Source: an uncultured Gammaproteobacteria bacterium (GTDB taxonomy: Bacteria; Patescibacteriota; Patescibacteriia; UBA11705; JABHMO01). From it: a DNA stretch of 64,000 bases. The stretch covers positions 160,395 to 224,394 of the forward strand of contig CAZPYM010000001.1 in NCBI GenBank assembly GCA_964590105.1, in the 5' to 3' direction. Below, one piece after another: positions 17,385 to 26,400 of the stretch (position 1 is the stretch's first letter; each line of letters opens with the position of its first letter). The notes under the pieces are model-generated. The model saw only the letters and a program-made list of their open reading frames with translations, was not told the origin of the DNA and searched no databases. Position numbers and translations under genes: made by a program.

Positions 17385-17422
17385 AGGCTTTCTAAAGTAT
17401 AATTAAATAACATAAATTATTT

Positions 17423-17947
17423 ATGGGACAGTTTAACAAGTATGGCGGCGACCGCGGCGGCAAAAGTTATGACCGGGGTAATAAGAGTTTTGGTGGTGGT
17501 GGCAGAAGTTTTGGCGGCGGCGGTGGCAGAAGTTTTGGCGGTGGCGGCGGTACTAGACAGATGTTTCCGGCGGTTTGCGAAGAGTGCGGACAGGCTTGCG
17601 AAGTCCCGTTTCGGCCGACAGGCGCCAGACCGGTTTTTTGCAGCAATTGCTTCAAAGCGCAAGGCGGAGCTGGTTCTAATTTCGAGCCAAGAGATTTTGG
17701 CGGCGGACAAGGCAGACCTGAACGCGACAGAAATGCCGGCGGTAATGCGGGTGGTGTTTCTAAGGTGCAGATTGACATGCTGAATGCAAAGCTGGACAAG
17801 ATTTTATACATTTTGTCAGCTTCAAATTCAAAATCAGAGCCAGTAGTCAAGGAAGCGAAGCAGGAAAAAGTAAAAGAAAAAGCAGTAAAGGCAGAAGTTA
17901 AAAAAGAAAAAGCTCCGGCCAAAAAAGCCAAAGCTAAGAAAAAATAA
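17423..17947 (+). CDS. RGG/Gly-rich zinc-ribbon protein with a Lys-rich C-terminal tail (possible nucleic-acid-binding).
   Basis: It has SFGGGG(R) repeats, then CEECGQACEVPFRPTGARPVFCSNC (CxxC...CxxC zinc ribbon), then a KKEKAPAKKAKAKKK tail. Confidence 0.5.
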   Translation: MGQFNKYGGDRGGKSYDRGNKSFGGGGRSFGGGGGRSFGGGGGTRQMFPAVCEECGQACEVPFRPTGARPVFCSNCFKAQGGAGSNFEPRDFGGGQGRPERDRNAGGNAGGVSKVQIDMLNAKLDKILYILSASNSKSEPVVKEAKQEKVKEKAVKAEVKKEKAPAKKAKAKKK

Positions 17948-18003
17948 AATTTTGCTTTATTAAAAAATCCCGTCGGTGTAGCCGCGGGATTTTGGTTTGC
18001 CTT

Positions 18004-18858
18004 TCAGGCGTGTAAACGATTTTGCATCTTTGTGAAGTGCGTCATGCTGACTCCAAATTTGCCCAATTGACGCTCTGGATGAAATCGTCCGTGAAAATCA
18101 GATCCGCCAGTAATAAAGAGTTTGGACTTGCCGGCAAGCCAAAGGAGCAGGCTGGTTTGATCCAGCGTATTACTGGTATGGAATGCCTCCAATCCGTTAA
18201 GTCCGAATTTTCTCAGTCTGTAGAATATATTGAAGAATTCGTCTTCACCAATTTTTTTTATTACTGCGCCAGGATGAGCAAAGACCGATAGTCCGCCAAG
18301 AGCTTTGATCAATTTGACGGCGTCGATCGTTGTTAGTAGCTCGTGCTTATCGTAGTTGAAATAAGCAATCCCATTTTTCCTGGTCTCAGCCACCGCTTGG
18401 TCGTGCGTTAGACCGTGAAAACGCATGCGGTAATCGCGAAGCCAGAGCTTCATGGCACATGGGCCTTGATAGCCGGTTTTTTCCTTGAGTTCGGCGAGCG
18501 AAACGTTCATTATTCCGGCTTGGCGATAGCTCTCCAGCGCTTTTTCAATACGGGAATTATGCACGCGCCAATTGAGATTGACAGAGTTTTCCATAATTTC
18601 TGTTTGATACAAGTTCATCCCATAGCCGAGGATATGGATGACTGTGCCGTTATACTGAGTCGTTATTTCCACCGCAGGAATACCCAGCATTTCAAATTCT
18701 TGCAGTGCGTCCAAAAATTCCGGGATGCCCCAACTCGTGTCGTGGTCAGCAAGACACACGGCGGTGAGACCGGCCAGCTTTGCCTTTTTCACCACTTCGC
18801 GTGGAGAATCAGCGCCATCTGAGAAATGTGAATGAACATGCATATCCGCTAGGATCAT
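18004..18858 (-). CDS. PHP-domain metal-dependent phosphoesterase.
   Basis: I chose the start at ATG 18858 (MILADMHVHSHFSDGADSP, a PHP His motif) with GGAGGGG 4 nt upstream. Confidence 0.7.
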   Translation of the reverse strand: MILADMHVHSHFSDGADSPREVVKKAKLAGLTAVCLADHDTSWGIPEFLDALQEFEMLGIPAVEITTQYNGTVIHILGYGMNLYQTEIMENSVNLNWRVHNSRIEKALESYRQAGIMNVSLAELKEKTGYQGPCAMKLWLRDYRMRFHGLTHDQAVAETRKNGIAYFNYDKHELLTTIDAVKLIKALGGLSVFAHPGAVIKKIGEDEFFNIFYRLRKFGLNGLEAFHTSNTLDQTSLLLWLAGKSKLFITGGSDFHGRFHPERQLGKFGVSMTHFTKMQNRLHA

Positions 18859-19007
18859 GACCCCTCCTTTGAACAGGACGTTTATAAGCTTAGCATGGAA
18901 TTTTAGAATAATCAAGGATGTATTATTATCTTTGACATTAAGTTGCGTAAGAGATAAAATGTAAATATTGGGCAATTGATTTTGTATAATTTTATCTTAA
19001 ATAACCT

Positions 19008-19799
19008 ATGATTATTCAGGTAAAAAATTTAACAAAAAAATTCAAAGATTTTGTGGCTGTTGATAATATTAGCTTTGAGATCAAGGAAGGTGAAATTTTT
19101 GCCTTTCTTGGTCCGAATGGCGCAGGAAAAAGCACAACCATTAAAATGCTAACCACGCTTCTTCGGCCAACTGCGGGCGAAATTTTATTAAATGGCATTG
19201 ATCCTGTTAAAGATGCCAATAAGGCGCGTCACAGTTTTGGCATTGTTTTTCAGGATCCCAGTCTGGATGATGAGCTGACCGCTTTTGAAAATATGGAATT
19301 TCACGGCGTGCTCTATGACGTGCCGAAAAAAATTAGACGACAAAGGATTGAACAGCTTTTAAAAATCGTTGAACTATGGGAAAGAAGAAAAGAACAAGTG
19401 AAAAAATTTTCCGGGGGCATGAGAAGAAGACTGGAGATTGCGAGAGGCCTACTGCATCATCCCAAAATTTTATTTCTTGACGAACCAACGCTCGGGCTTG
19501 ATCCGCAAACCAGAAATCATATTTGGTCGCATATAAAAGATTTAAATAAAAGCGAAGGCATTACAGTCTTCTTCACAACTCATTATATGGAGGAAGCTGA
19601 TCGCGCGGCTACGAAAATAGCCATTATTGATCATGGTCAGATCATTGCCATGGGAACTTCGGCAGAACTCCAGAAAAAAGCTGGCCAGGATTCGTTGGAA
19701 GACGCTTTTATTGAATTAACCGGGCATGTTATAAGAGACGAAGAAGCTTCCGGCATTGACCAAATGCGCCTTCATCGTCAGATTAGGTCGCGGCATTAA
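19008..19799 (+). CDS. ABC transporter ATP-binding protein.
   Basis: Walker A GPNGAGKST, the ABC signature FSGGMRRRL and Walker B LFLDEPT are all present. Confidence 0.85.
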   Translation: MIIQVKNLTKKFKDFVAVDNISFEIKEGEIFAFLGPNGAGKSTTIKMLTTLLRPTAGEILLNGIDPVKDANKARHSFGIVFQDPSLDDELTAFENMEFHGVLYDVPKKIRRQRIEQLLKIVELWERRKEQVKKFSGGMRRRLEIARGLLHHPKILFLDEPTLGLDPQTRNHIWSHIKDLNKSEGITVFFTTHYMEEADRAATKIAIIDHGQIIAMGTSAELQKKAGQDSLEDAFIELTGHVIRDEEASGIDQMRLHRQIRSRH

Positions 19800-19813
19800 C
19801 AAAATAAAAAAAT

Positions 19814-20557
19814 ATGGGCGTTATTTACATTCTTTGGCTTCGCCAATTAAAACGGTATATTCGTTCAAAGGCCAGAATTGTCGGCTCAATCGGCCAGCCG
19901 CTTTTATTTTTAGTGGCTTTGGGTTTTGGTTTCGGCCCGGTATTTGCAAAAGCGGGAGAGGGCAGTTATATTACTTTTCTGGCGCCCGGCATTATTGCCA
20001 TGAGTATTTTATTTACTTCTGTTTTTACCGGCATAGAAATTATCTGGGATAAGCAATTTGGTTTTTTAAAAGAAACCTTAGTCGCTCCGGTTTCTCGATT
20101 AAAAATAATGATTGGCCGCACTCTCGGCGGGGCAACGGTTGCCATTATTCAGGGATTCATAGTTTTAATTGTTACAGTGCCGCTTGGTTTTCGACCGAAT
20201 GTCGCTGCTCTGCCGCTGGCATTCATTTTCATGTTATTGATTTCACTTTTTTTTACGGCTTTCGGCACTGCCATTGCTTCGCTTCTCAGCGATATGCAGG
20301 GTTTTCAACTGATAATGAATTTTGTTATTATGCCGATTTTCTTTTTGTCGGGTGCGTTATTTCCGACTGACGGATTACCGCCGGCTTTACAAATAGTATT
20401 GAAAGCAAATCCCTTGTATTACGGCATTGACGGAATGCGCGACGCTTTTATGGGGCTGGTAAATTCAGGCATGGGACTTGATTTTATGGTTCTGGGAATT
20501 ATTACAATGATTTTTTTGATAATCGGCAGTTATTTGTTTTCAAAAATACAGATTTAA
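19814..20557 (+). CDS. ABC-2 type transporter permease.
   Basis: A six-TM hydrophobic protein immediately downstream of the ABC ATPase. Confidence 0.7.
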   Translation: MGVIYILWLRQLKRYIRSKARIVGSIGQPLLFLVALGFGFGPVFAKAGEGSYITFLAPGIIAMSILFTSVFTGIEIIWDKQFGFLKETLVAPVSRLKIMIGRTLGGATVAIIQGFIVLIVTVPLGFRPNVAALPLAFIFMLLISLFFTAFGTAIASLLSDMQGFQLIMNFVIMPIFFLSGALFPTDGLPPALQIVLKANPLYYGIDGMRDAFMGLVNSGMGLDFMVLGIITMIFLIIGSYLFSKIQI

Positions 20558-20578
20558 TTTTATTATCGACCGCCTGAT

Positions 20579-21403
20579 ATGCCTGGTTTTGTAAAAATAG
20601 CCTGGTACGGCAAACATTTTGGCGAAGAGCCGCCGCTCATTGGCAATGAATCGCAAGGAGCGGCGTGTATTTTTTTTAGCGGTTGCAATTTGCATTGCGT
20701 ATATTGTCAAAATTATCAGATCTCGCAACAAAACCTTGGGAAAAAATATTCAGTTGAAGCGTTAGCGGAAATAATGCTTCAGTTGCAAAAAGAAAATTCT
20801 GTTTGTATTGACCTTGTAACTCCAACGATTTGGTGGCCGGCAATTAAAAAGGCGATTATGATTGCCAAGAAAAAAGGTTTGACAATCCCTATCGTTTGGA
20901 ATTCAAATGCGTATGAGCCTGTTCAAATGTTGAAAGAGCTTGAAGAACTGGTGGATATTTACTTACCGGATTTTAAATACGGAGACAATCAATTGGCGGA
21001 AAAATATTCAGGCATAAAAAATTATGTTGAAACAGCTGAGGCCGCAATTCAGGAAATGCTCCGACAAGTCGGACTTTTGGAAACTAATGAATGCGGGCTG
21101 GCCGGTCGCGGTTTAATTGTCAGGCATTTGGTTTTGCCGGCAAACATTGAAAACAGCGAAAAAGTTTTTCAAATTATTTCTTCCATAAATTCCAACGTCC
21201 ACGTCAGTTTAATGTTTCAATACTTTCCGGCTTGGCGGGCGAAGGCGTTTCGCGAGATCAACAGACCTTTAACTTCAGAAGAATGTTCAATCGCCAGCGA
21301 CTTTTTGTCAAATGCCGGATTAAACAATGGCTGGACGCAGGAACAGGGGAGCAGTGAATTACTGATTCCTGATTTTCGGCTGGAGAATCCATTCGAAAAA
21401 TAA
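20579..21403 (+). CDS. Radical SAM enzyme (PflA/NrdG-like activase family).
   Basis: Contains a CNLHCVYC (Cx3Cx2C) cluster motif near the N-terminus. Confidence 0.6.
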   Translation: MPGFVKIAWYGKHFGEEPPLIGNESQGAACIFFSGCNLHCVYCQNYQISQQNLGKKYSVEALAEIMLQLQKENSVCIDLVTPTIWWPAIKKAIMIAKKKGLTIPIVWNSNAYEPVQMLKELEELVDIYLPDFKYGDNQLAEKYSGIKNYVETAEAAIQEMLRQVGLLETNECGLAGRGLIVRHLVLPANIENSEKVFQIISSINSNVHVSLMFQYFPAWRAKAFREINRPLTSEECSIASDFLSNAGLNNGWTQEQGSSELLIPDFRLENPFEK

Positions 21404-21446
21404 GATTCTTTGATTTTTTTGAGTAAATTCGCTATACTGTTATAGT

Positions 21447-22139
21447 ATGGTTAAAAAATACAAAAACGTTTTGATTACCGGCGACCTGCATCTGGGCGAC
21501 GTTGGTTTTCATGATGAGGAAAAATTGGTTGATGAAATAAAAAACCGGCGACCTGAGCTCGTAGTTTTTGGCGGCGACACGTTTGATCCGTGGCGCGGGA
21601 ATTCAGTTGAAGAATTAATCGCCAGATATAATAAGTTGTTTTCATTTCTAAAAAACATTAGCGGCCGGGTGGTGTTTTTGCGCGGCAATCATGATCCGGA
21701 TATTGACCCTTTGCGCCGGATTGGCTTTAGCGTGCGCAAAACTTTCAAATATATTTCCGCGACCAATAAAAGAGTGAAAATTATCCATGGCCATGAGTTT
21801 GATACGGATTGTCGTCGGTTTGAGTTTTTAACCAGAAAATTTGTTTATCTGGAAGAAAAAATCAACCGCTTGCTTCTCACTTTTGGCAATGAAAAATTAT
21901 TCCGGGCGATCAGCCTACTCGGAAATCTTGATTTAATTCGCATCCTGAATAATTTTCAAAAACGCATAAAGTATTATCGCAGCACAGACATTCTTGTTTT
22001 CGGCCACACGCACGTGCCGCTTGTCGGCGCGAAAAGCAAGTTGGAGTTTTACAACTGGGGCGGCTGGCAAAATGATTTGGGCATTAGGCCGGGGATTATT
22101 GTTAATAAAGGAGGTAGTGTGAATTTGGTGCAAGTGTGA
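21447..22139 (+). CDS. Calcineurin-like metallophosphoesterase.
   Basis: Contains the MPP motifs GDLHLGD, GGDTFD, GNHD, GHEFD and GHTH. Confidence 0.75.
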   Translation: MVKKYKNVLITGDLHLGDVGFHDEEKLVDEIKNRRPELVVFGGDTFDPWRGNSVEELIARYNKLFSFLKNISGRVVFLRGNHDPDIDPLRRIGFSVRKTFKYISATNKRVKIIHGHEFDTDCRRFEFLTRKFVYLEEKINRLLLTFGNEKLFRAISLLGNLDLIRILNNFQKRIKYYRSTDILVFGHTHVPLVGAKSKLEFYNWGGWQNDLGIRPGIIVNKGGSVNLVQV

Positions 22140-22216
22140 GGGGCGTCTTGAACTATGATTTATGTGATTAAATGAATACTATGATTTAAGGAAAAATAAT
22201 GATTTAAGAAAAAACA

Positions 22217-22627
22217 ATGATTGAAGAGAATAATATTATTGACGAAAAATACAAATATTCGGAATTGACTGCCAAGATAATCGGAGCGGCCATGGAAGTT
22301 CACGGGATTTTGGGCAATGGTTTTCAAGAAGTAATATATCAGCGGGCATTGGCAATTGAATTGCAAAGCCGAGGGCTGTCCTTTGTGAGAGAACAAGAAA
22401 TGCAAATTGAATACAAAGGGCATGATATCGGAACAAGAAGAGTTGATTTTTTTGTTGAAGACAAGGTAATGGTTGAAATTAAAGCAGTGATTCAACTTGA
22501 AGATGTGCATCTGGCGCAAGCCATTAATTATTTGGAAACTTATGACTTGGAAATCGGTTTGCTGATGAATTTCGGCTCAAAAAGTTTAGGATTTAAAAGG
22601 CTGATGAGAAAGTTACGAAAATCATAG
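22217..22627 (+). CDS. GxxExxY family protein (PD-(D/E)xK-like).
   Basis: Contains LGNGFQEVIYQRAL, the G..E..Y signature. Size is about 136 aa. Confidence 0.7.
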   Translation: MIEENNIIDEKYKYSELTAKIIGAAMEVHGILGNGFQEVIYQRALAIELQSRGLSFVREQEMQIEYKGHDIGTRRVDFFVEDKVMVEIKAVIQLEDVHLAQAINYLETYDLEIGLLMNFGSKSLGFKRLMRKLRKS

Positions 22628-22716
22628 TCCATCAAATAATCATAATTAATCATAGTTCAAGACAATATTATCATGAGCAAATACTACACGGCTAAAAGCG
22701 TGGGAAATAGTAAAAT

Positions 22717-23229
22717 ATGGAAAACAAGTGCAAAAAAAATAATTTAGCCTTCATCGATGGGCAGAATTTGTATTTGGGCACCGGTTCGGAAGAACCGGCA
22801 TGGAAGGTTGATTTGATAAAGTTTCGAGAATATTTATTTCGTAAATATCACGTGCAAAAAGCATACTATTTTTTAGGTTTTGTTGACGAAAAGTATCAGA
22901 ATTTATATGAAGAAATTCAAAATGCGGGTTTTATTTTGATTTTTCGTCAGCACAATTCCGCAATGCTCGGCAAGAAAAAAGGAAATGTTGATTCTGATAT
23001 TATATTTTCAATAATGAAAAAAATGTATAAAAAGGAGCTGTTTGATAAAATAGTTTTGGTTTCCGGAGATGGAGATTATAAAGCGTTAGTTGATTTTTTA
23101 ATTGAGGAAAAAAGGCTGGAAAAGGTTTTGTTTCCAAATAAAAAGTTTGCTTCTTCGTTGTACAAAAAAATAACCAGAGTTTACTATGATTATTTGTTAA
23201 ATATAAAACACCGAATTAAATTTAAATAA
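22717..23229 (+). CDS. NYN/LabA-like (PIN-related) domain protein.
   Basis: Contains LAFIDGQNLY and VLVSGDGDYKALVDFL, which are NYN-domain acidic motifs. Confidence 0.65.
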   Translation: MENKCKKNNLAFIDGQNLYLGTGSEEPAWKVDLIKFREYLFRKYHVQKAYYFLGFVDEKYQNLYEEIQNAGFILIFRQHNSAMLGKKKGNVDSDIIFSIMKKMYKKELFDKIVLVSGDGDYKALVDFLIEEKRLEKVLFPNKKFASSLYKKITRVYYDYLLNIKHRIKFK

Positions 23230-23362
23230 AAAAGGGGGCCTTTGATCTTTCGATCGCCGGGACCCTTTTGTCTTGATGTCTATATTATACATTAACTATA
23301 TCAAATGTCAACAAAACAATATAGTTTAATATAATTTTACCAAAAATAACTGTGGATAATTT

Positions 23363-24115
23363 ATGTCAAAATATTACACCGCCAAAAGATCAAAAAATTA
23401 TTTTGATCCAAAATCAAAAGCACCATTCAAACTTTCGCGTTCAAAAATAGATTTATTTATTGATTGCCCTCGTTGTTTTTATCTTGATCGCAAATTGGGC
23501 GTTGGCCGGCCGCCGGGTTATCCTTTTACTTTGAATTCCGCGGTTGATCATTTACTGAAAAAAGAATTTGATATTCACCGCGCCCGCGGCAAAGCGCATC
23601 CGCTGATGGAAGCGTATGGAGTGAAGGCGATTCCCTTTGCGCACAGTGATTTGGATAAATGGCGGGAAAATTTTATCGGCGTGCAGTTTCATCACGAGCC
23701 GACTAATTTTATTATTACCGGCGCGGTTGATGATATTTGGATTAATGAAAAAGGCGAGTTAATTGTGGTTGATTACAAAGCCACGGCCAAAGACGGCAAG
23801 ATTGACGCCCTGGATCAGGATTGGCACGACGGCTACAAACGGCAAATGGAAGTTTACCAGTGGCTCCTGCGGCAGAACGGATTTCCGGTTTCCAGCACTG
23901 GCTATTTTGTCTACGCTAATGGGAAAAAAGATGTTAAAGCGTTTGACGCCAAATTGGAATTCGAAGTAACCTTGATTGCTTATAAAGGCTCTGATAATTG
24001 GGTCGTGCCCGCGATTACTGCTGCGTACAAATGTTTGTCCTCGAAAACTTTGCCCAAGGCTGATTCTGACTGCGACTTTTGCAATTATTTTGCCGAGCGC
24101 AGACAGCTAGATTAG
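23363..24115 (+). CDS. PD-(D/E)xK nuclease family protein with four Cys (Cas4/RecB-nuclease-like). Stand-alone.
   Basis: It has N-terminal CPRCFY and C-terminal CDFCNY Cys pairs, plus IVVDYKATAK...YKRQMEVYQ, a D..EVK-like nuclease core. No CRISPR array is nearby. Confidence 0.45.
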   Translation: MSKYYTAKRSKNYFDPKSKAPFKLSRSKIDLFIDCPRCFYLDRKLGVGRPPGYPFTLNSAVDHLLKKEFDIHRARGKAHPLMEAYGVKAIPFAHSDLDKWRENFIGVQFHHEPTNFIITGAVDDIWINEKGELIVVDYKATAKDGKIDALDQDWHDGYKRQMEVYQWLLRQNGFPVSSTGYFVYANGKKDVKAFDAKLEFEVTLIAYKGSDNWVVPAITAAYKCLSSKTLPKADSDCDFCNYFAERRQLD

Positions 24116-24316
24116 GAAAATAAAATGATTTTATTTTAGAAAGTTTATTGGCTTGGACTTTTTATTTGTTTTTAAATTTTTGATTTATGCAATTATACTT
24201 TGCATTCCACGGGGTCCGGGGTGAAGTTCGCCCATGCCTTTCCCGCGAACAGTAATTGCGCCCACGCGAATTCGGAACCCCGGCGCTTTTTGCTACTTTT
24301 TGGCGCCAAAAAGTAG

Positions 24317-24400
24317 AATCATTGGCAGTTGTTTTTTAGCGATGATAAATTTAAAAATAAAAAACCCTCTGCTGTGCTAAGCAGGGGTTTTGCGTTTAGT
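24317..24400. terminator. Bidirectional rho-independent terminator region between convergent genes.
   Basis: aaaaaCCCTCTGCTGTGCTAAGCAGGGGttttgcgttt is a hairpin flanked by A- and T-runs. Confidence 0.45.
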
Positions 24401-25940
24401 CCGTTTCAGGTCGGACAATTCTTCTGATTGCCTTCATCCGGATTGCTTTGTCTTCATAGCGTTCAAATCCGTAGGCCCAGAGCAACTCCTCCGGAATATC
24501 GTAATTATCATTTACGTGATGCAGCAAGCGGAGTTCAGCCGCAATAGTCAGATCAAGAACAGGAAGCTTGCGAATGTATAACCGGATTTCACCACAGCTG
24601 ACGCAGTTCAATAGTCCGGCAGGCAGTGAATTTGCGTCAATGTTTTTTGCGCGGCACACGAGCGCCGCATAGATCTGCAGGACTTGGCGATCCATGTTTG
24701 CCCACAGGATTTGTTTGCCACGAAAAGCAAGTCCGAATCGCCGACCTTCGAGCTCAACTATTTTGACGGGTTGTCCGGGCAAAAGCTTCGCAAGCAGTTT
24801 GCGCCGCGACAATATGACGAGAAGAGCTTCGTTTTGCTTGCGCAGCTGGTTTCCATAGCTGATGACATAATACCTACAGTAGGCAAACGCGTATTTTTCA
24901 ATTTGCTTGTCGCTCATTTTTTTCCAGTGAGTGTCGCCGTTCGTTGTCAGCGGCAGAGCAAACGTTTCATCGCCAAGCGTTTCCTGGCGTTCTTTGGGCA
25001 GTCCGAATAGCGTATAGTGCAGTGCGCGTCGGAGCAGGCATTTGTACAAGCCCTTGTCAGTTTTTTTCCTTTTGGACATTTGTGCCGGAGTGGCGATATT
25101 GAATTCCAGGCGATACGCCCGCGCATAGGCCAGAACCTTGTCATTGGTCAGTTGTCTCCAACTGATCTTTTCTCTATTCCTTGGCATTCGGAATTCAATG
25201 CCGGCCAGAACAATTGTCAGTGGCGGCAGAACTTCATCAATTTTTTTCCTTTCATGCAGTTTTGTGTACAGTGAATGATATTTTCTCTTCAACTGAGACC
25301 TGGAAACAATGCCGTGTTCAGCGAGATAATCAAGAGCAAAACTTACGAGCTTTTTGTTGTCAATTAGTTCCCAGTTTACCATACTGTTTTTGTGTACGGG
25401 AATAATGTGCGTTGTTCCATTCAGTTCGAGGGTTTTTGTCGCAGAGCGGGGAAATACGTCTGCGATCCAGACTTTTTGCCGTAGTCTGCGGTACAATCCC
25501 TGGTGTCTGCGCGGGCCGTTACAAAGCGCGGCCGAGCCGGTAATGCCGAATTCAAGACAATACGCTTTGGCATAAGCAATGGTTTGTCTTTTGCTCATTT
25601 TTGACCAAGCGATGCGGCCGGCCACATTGAGCGGAATTCTGTATGTCTTGCCGGCCAGCGGTTCAGACCTGGTTTTCGGTCGGTCAAAGACAATTGCGGT
25701 TAGCTTCCCTCGCTGAAGAACTGTTGCCATTCCCGGATTTTTATGCGGGCCTGTTTCCAGTTCTCTAAAAGTCCTAATGCCGTATTCTTTCCGGTATGCT
25801 TTGGCGTATTTGATTTTTTGTTTTTTGCTCATTGTTTTCCAGTTGATTCTTGTCTTGCTTAGCATCCGGATTTTGAATTCAGTTTTGTCAAGCGTTATAT
25901 GGCCATATAGCCGTCCGTTTTCAACGGTGAATTTTTCCAT
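24396..25940 (-). CDS. Tandem-repeat protein (about six repeats of ~75 aa) of unknown function.
   Basis: Internal repeats of the form ..IP...G..W..MS.KQ.I.YAKAY..E[YF]GI....L.......GLY..L.++ recur, e.g. WKTMSKKQKIKYAKAYRKEYGI, WSKMSKRQTIAYAKAYCLEFGI, WRQLTNDKVLAYARAYRLEFNI, WKKMSDKQIEKYAFAYCRYYVI. Confidence 0.5.
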   Translation of the reverse strand: MEKFTVENGRLYGHITLDKTEFKIRMLSKTRINWKTMSKKQKIKYAKAYRKEYGIRTFRELETGPHKNPGMATVLQRGKLTAIVFDRPKTRSEPLAGKTYRIPLNVAGRIAWSKMSKRQTIAYAKAYCLEFGITGSAALCNGPRRHQGLYRRLRQKVWIADVFPRSATKTLELNGTTHIIPVHKNSMVNWELIDNKKLVSFALDYLAEHGIVSRSQLKRKYHSLYTKLHERKKIDEVLPPLTIVLAGIEFRMPRNREKISWRQLTNDKVLAYARAYRLEFNIATPAQMSKRKKTDKGLYKCLLRRALHYTLFGLPKERQETLGDETFALPLTTNGDTHWKKMSDKQIEKYAFAYCRYYVISYGNQLRKQNEALLVILSRRKLLAKLLPGQPVKIVELEGRRFGLAFRGKQILWANMDRQVLQIYAALVCRAKNIDANSLPAGLLNCVSCGEIRLYIRKLPVLDLTIAAELRLLHHVNDNYDIPEELLWAYGFERYEDKAIRMKAIRRIVRPETD

Positions 25941-26075
25941 GGGCGCCTCCTTTTGTTAAATGTAAAAGTACAATAGTTAAATGTTAAGCTGATTTAGTGT
26001 TTGTGTCAATGGAAAATTGTCGACTTGACCCGGATGTGATAAGATTATAGTGATAAATAATTAATTCTTATTTTT

Positions 26076-26333
26076 ATGAAAAAATCTTTTACTTCTGAAG
26101 AAGCTGCTGCGGTGGCACAGAAAATCGGTCTGGATTTTTCCAAAGTGGAATATGATCTGGAACAATTTCGCATGGGCATGGATATTGAACTTGAACACGG
26201 ATTGATTGACTCTGAAACAAATGTTACCAATGACGATCCTTTCGCGACCGGCAAAATCGCTTGGGCGCATTTAAAAGAAATTTTTGATTATTATGATCGT
26301 TTGGAAAAAATGGAAAAAGAAGCGGGGAGCTAG
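26076..26333 (+). CDS. DUF5661-like small protein.
   Basis: Contains ELEHG...TNVT.DD....KIA.AHL.E..DYY. The assignment is by recollection. Confidence 0.35.
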   Translation: MKKSFTSEEAAAVAQKIGLDFSKVEYDLEQFRMGMDIELEHGLIDSETNVTNDDPFATGKIAWAHLKEIFDYYDRLEKMEKEAGS

Positions 26334-26400
26334 AGGAGAAGGGCGGATTGGTGGATTAGTGAATTAGCGATTAGTGAAATAAAATACAAATTAAGAGAAT

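Noticed and set aside
17442-17931. ORFs 17442..17783(+), 17467..17931(-) and 17417..17710(-) across the RGG gene.
   Set aside because: These are frame or strand shadows of the GGC/GGT-rich repeat DNA. The RGG/zinc-ribbon frame has the promoter and a coherent domain structure.
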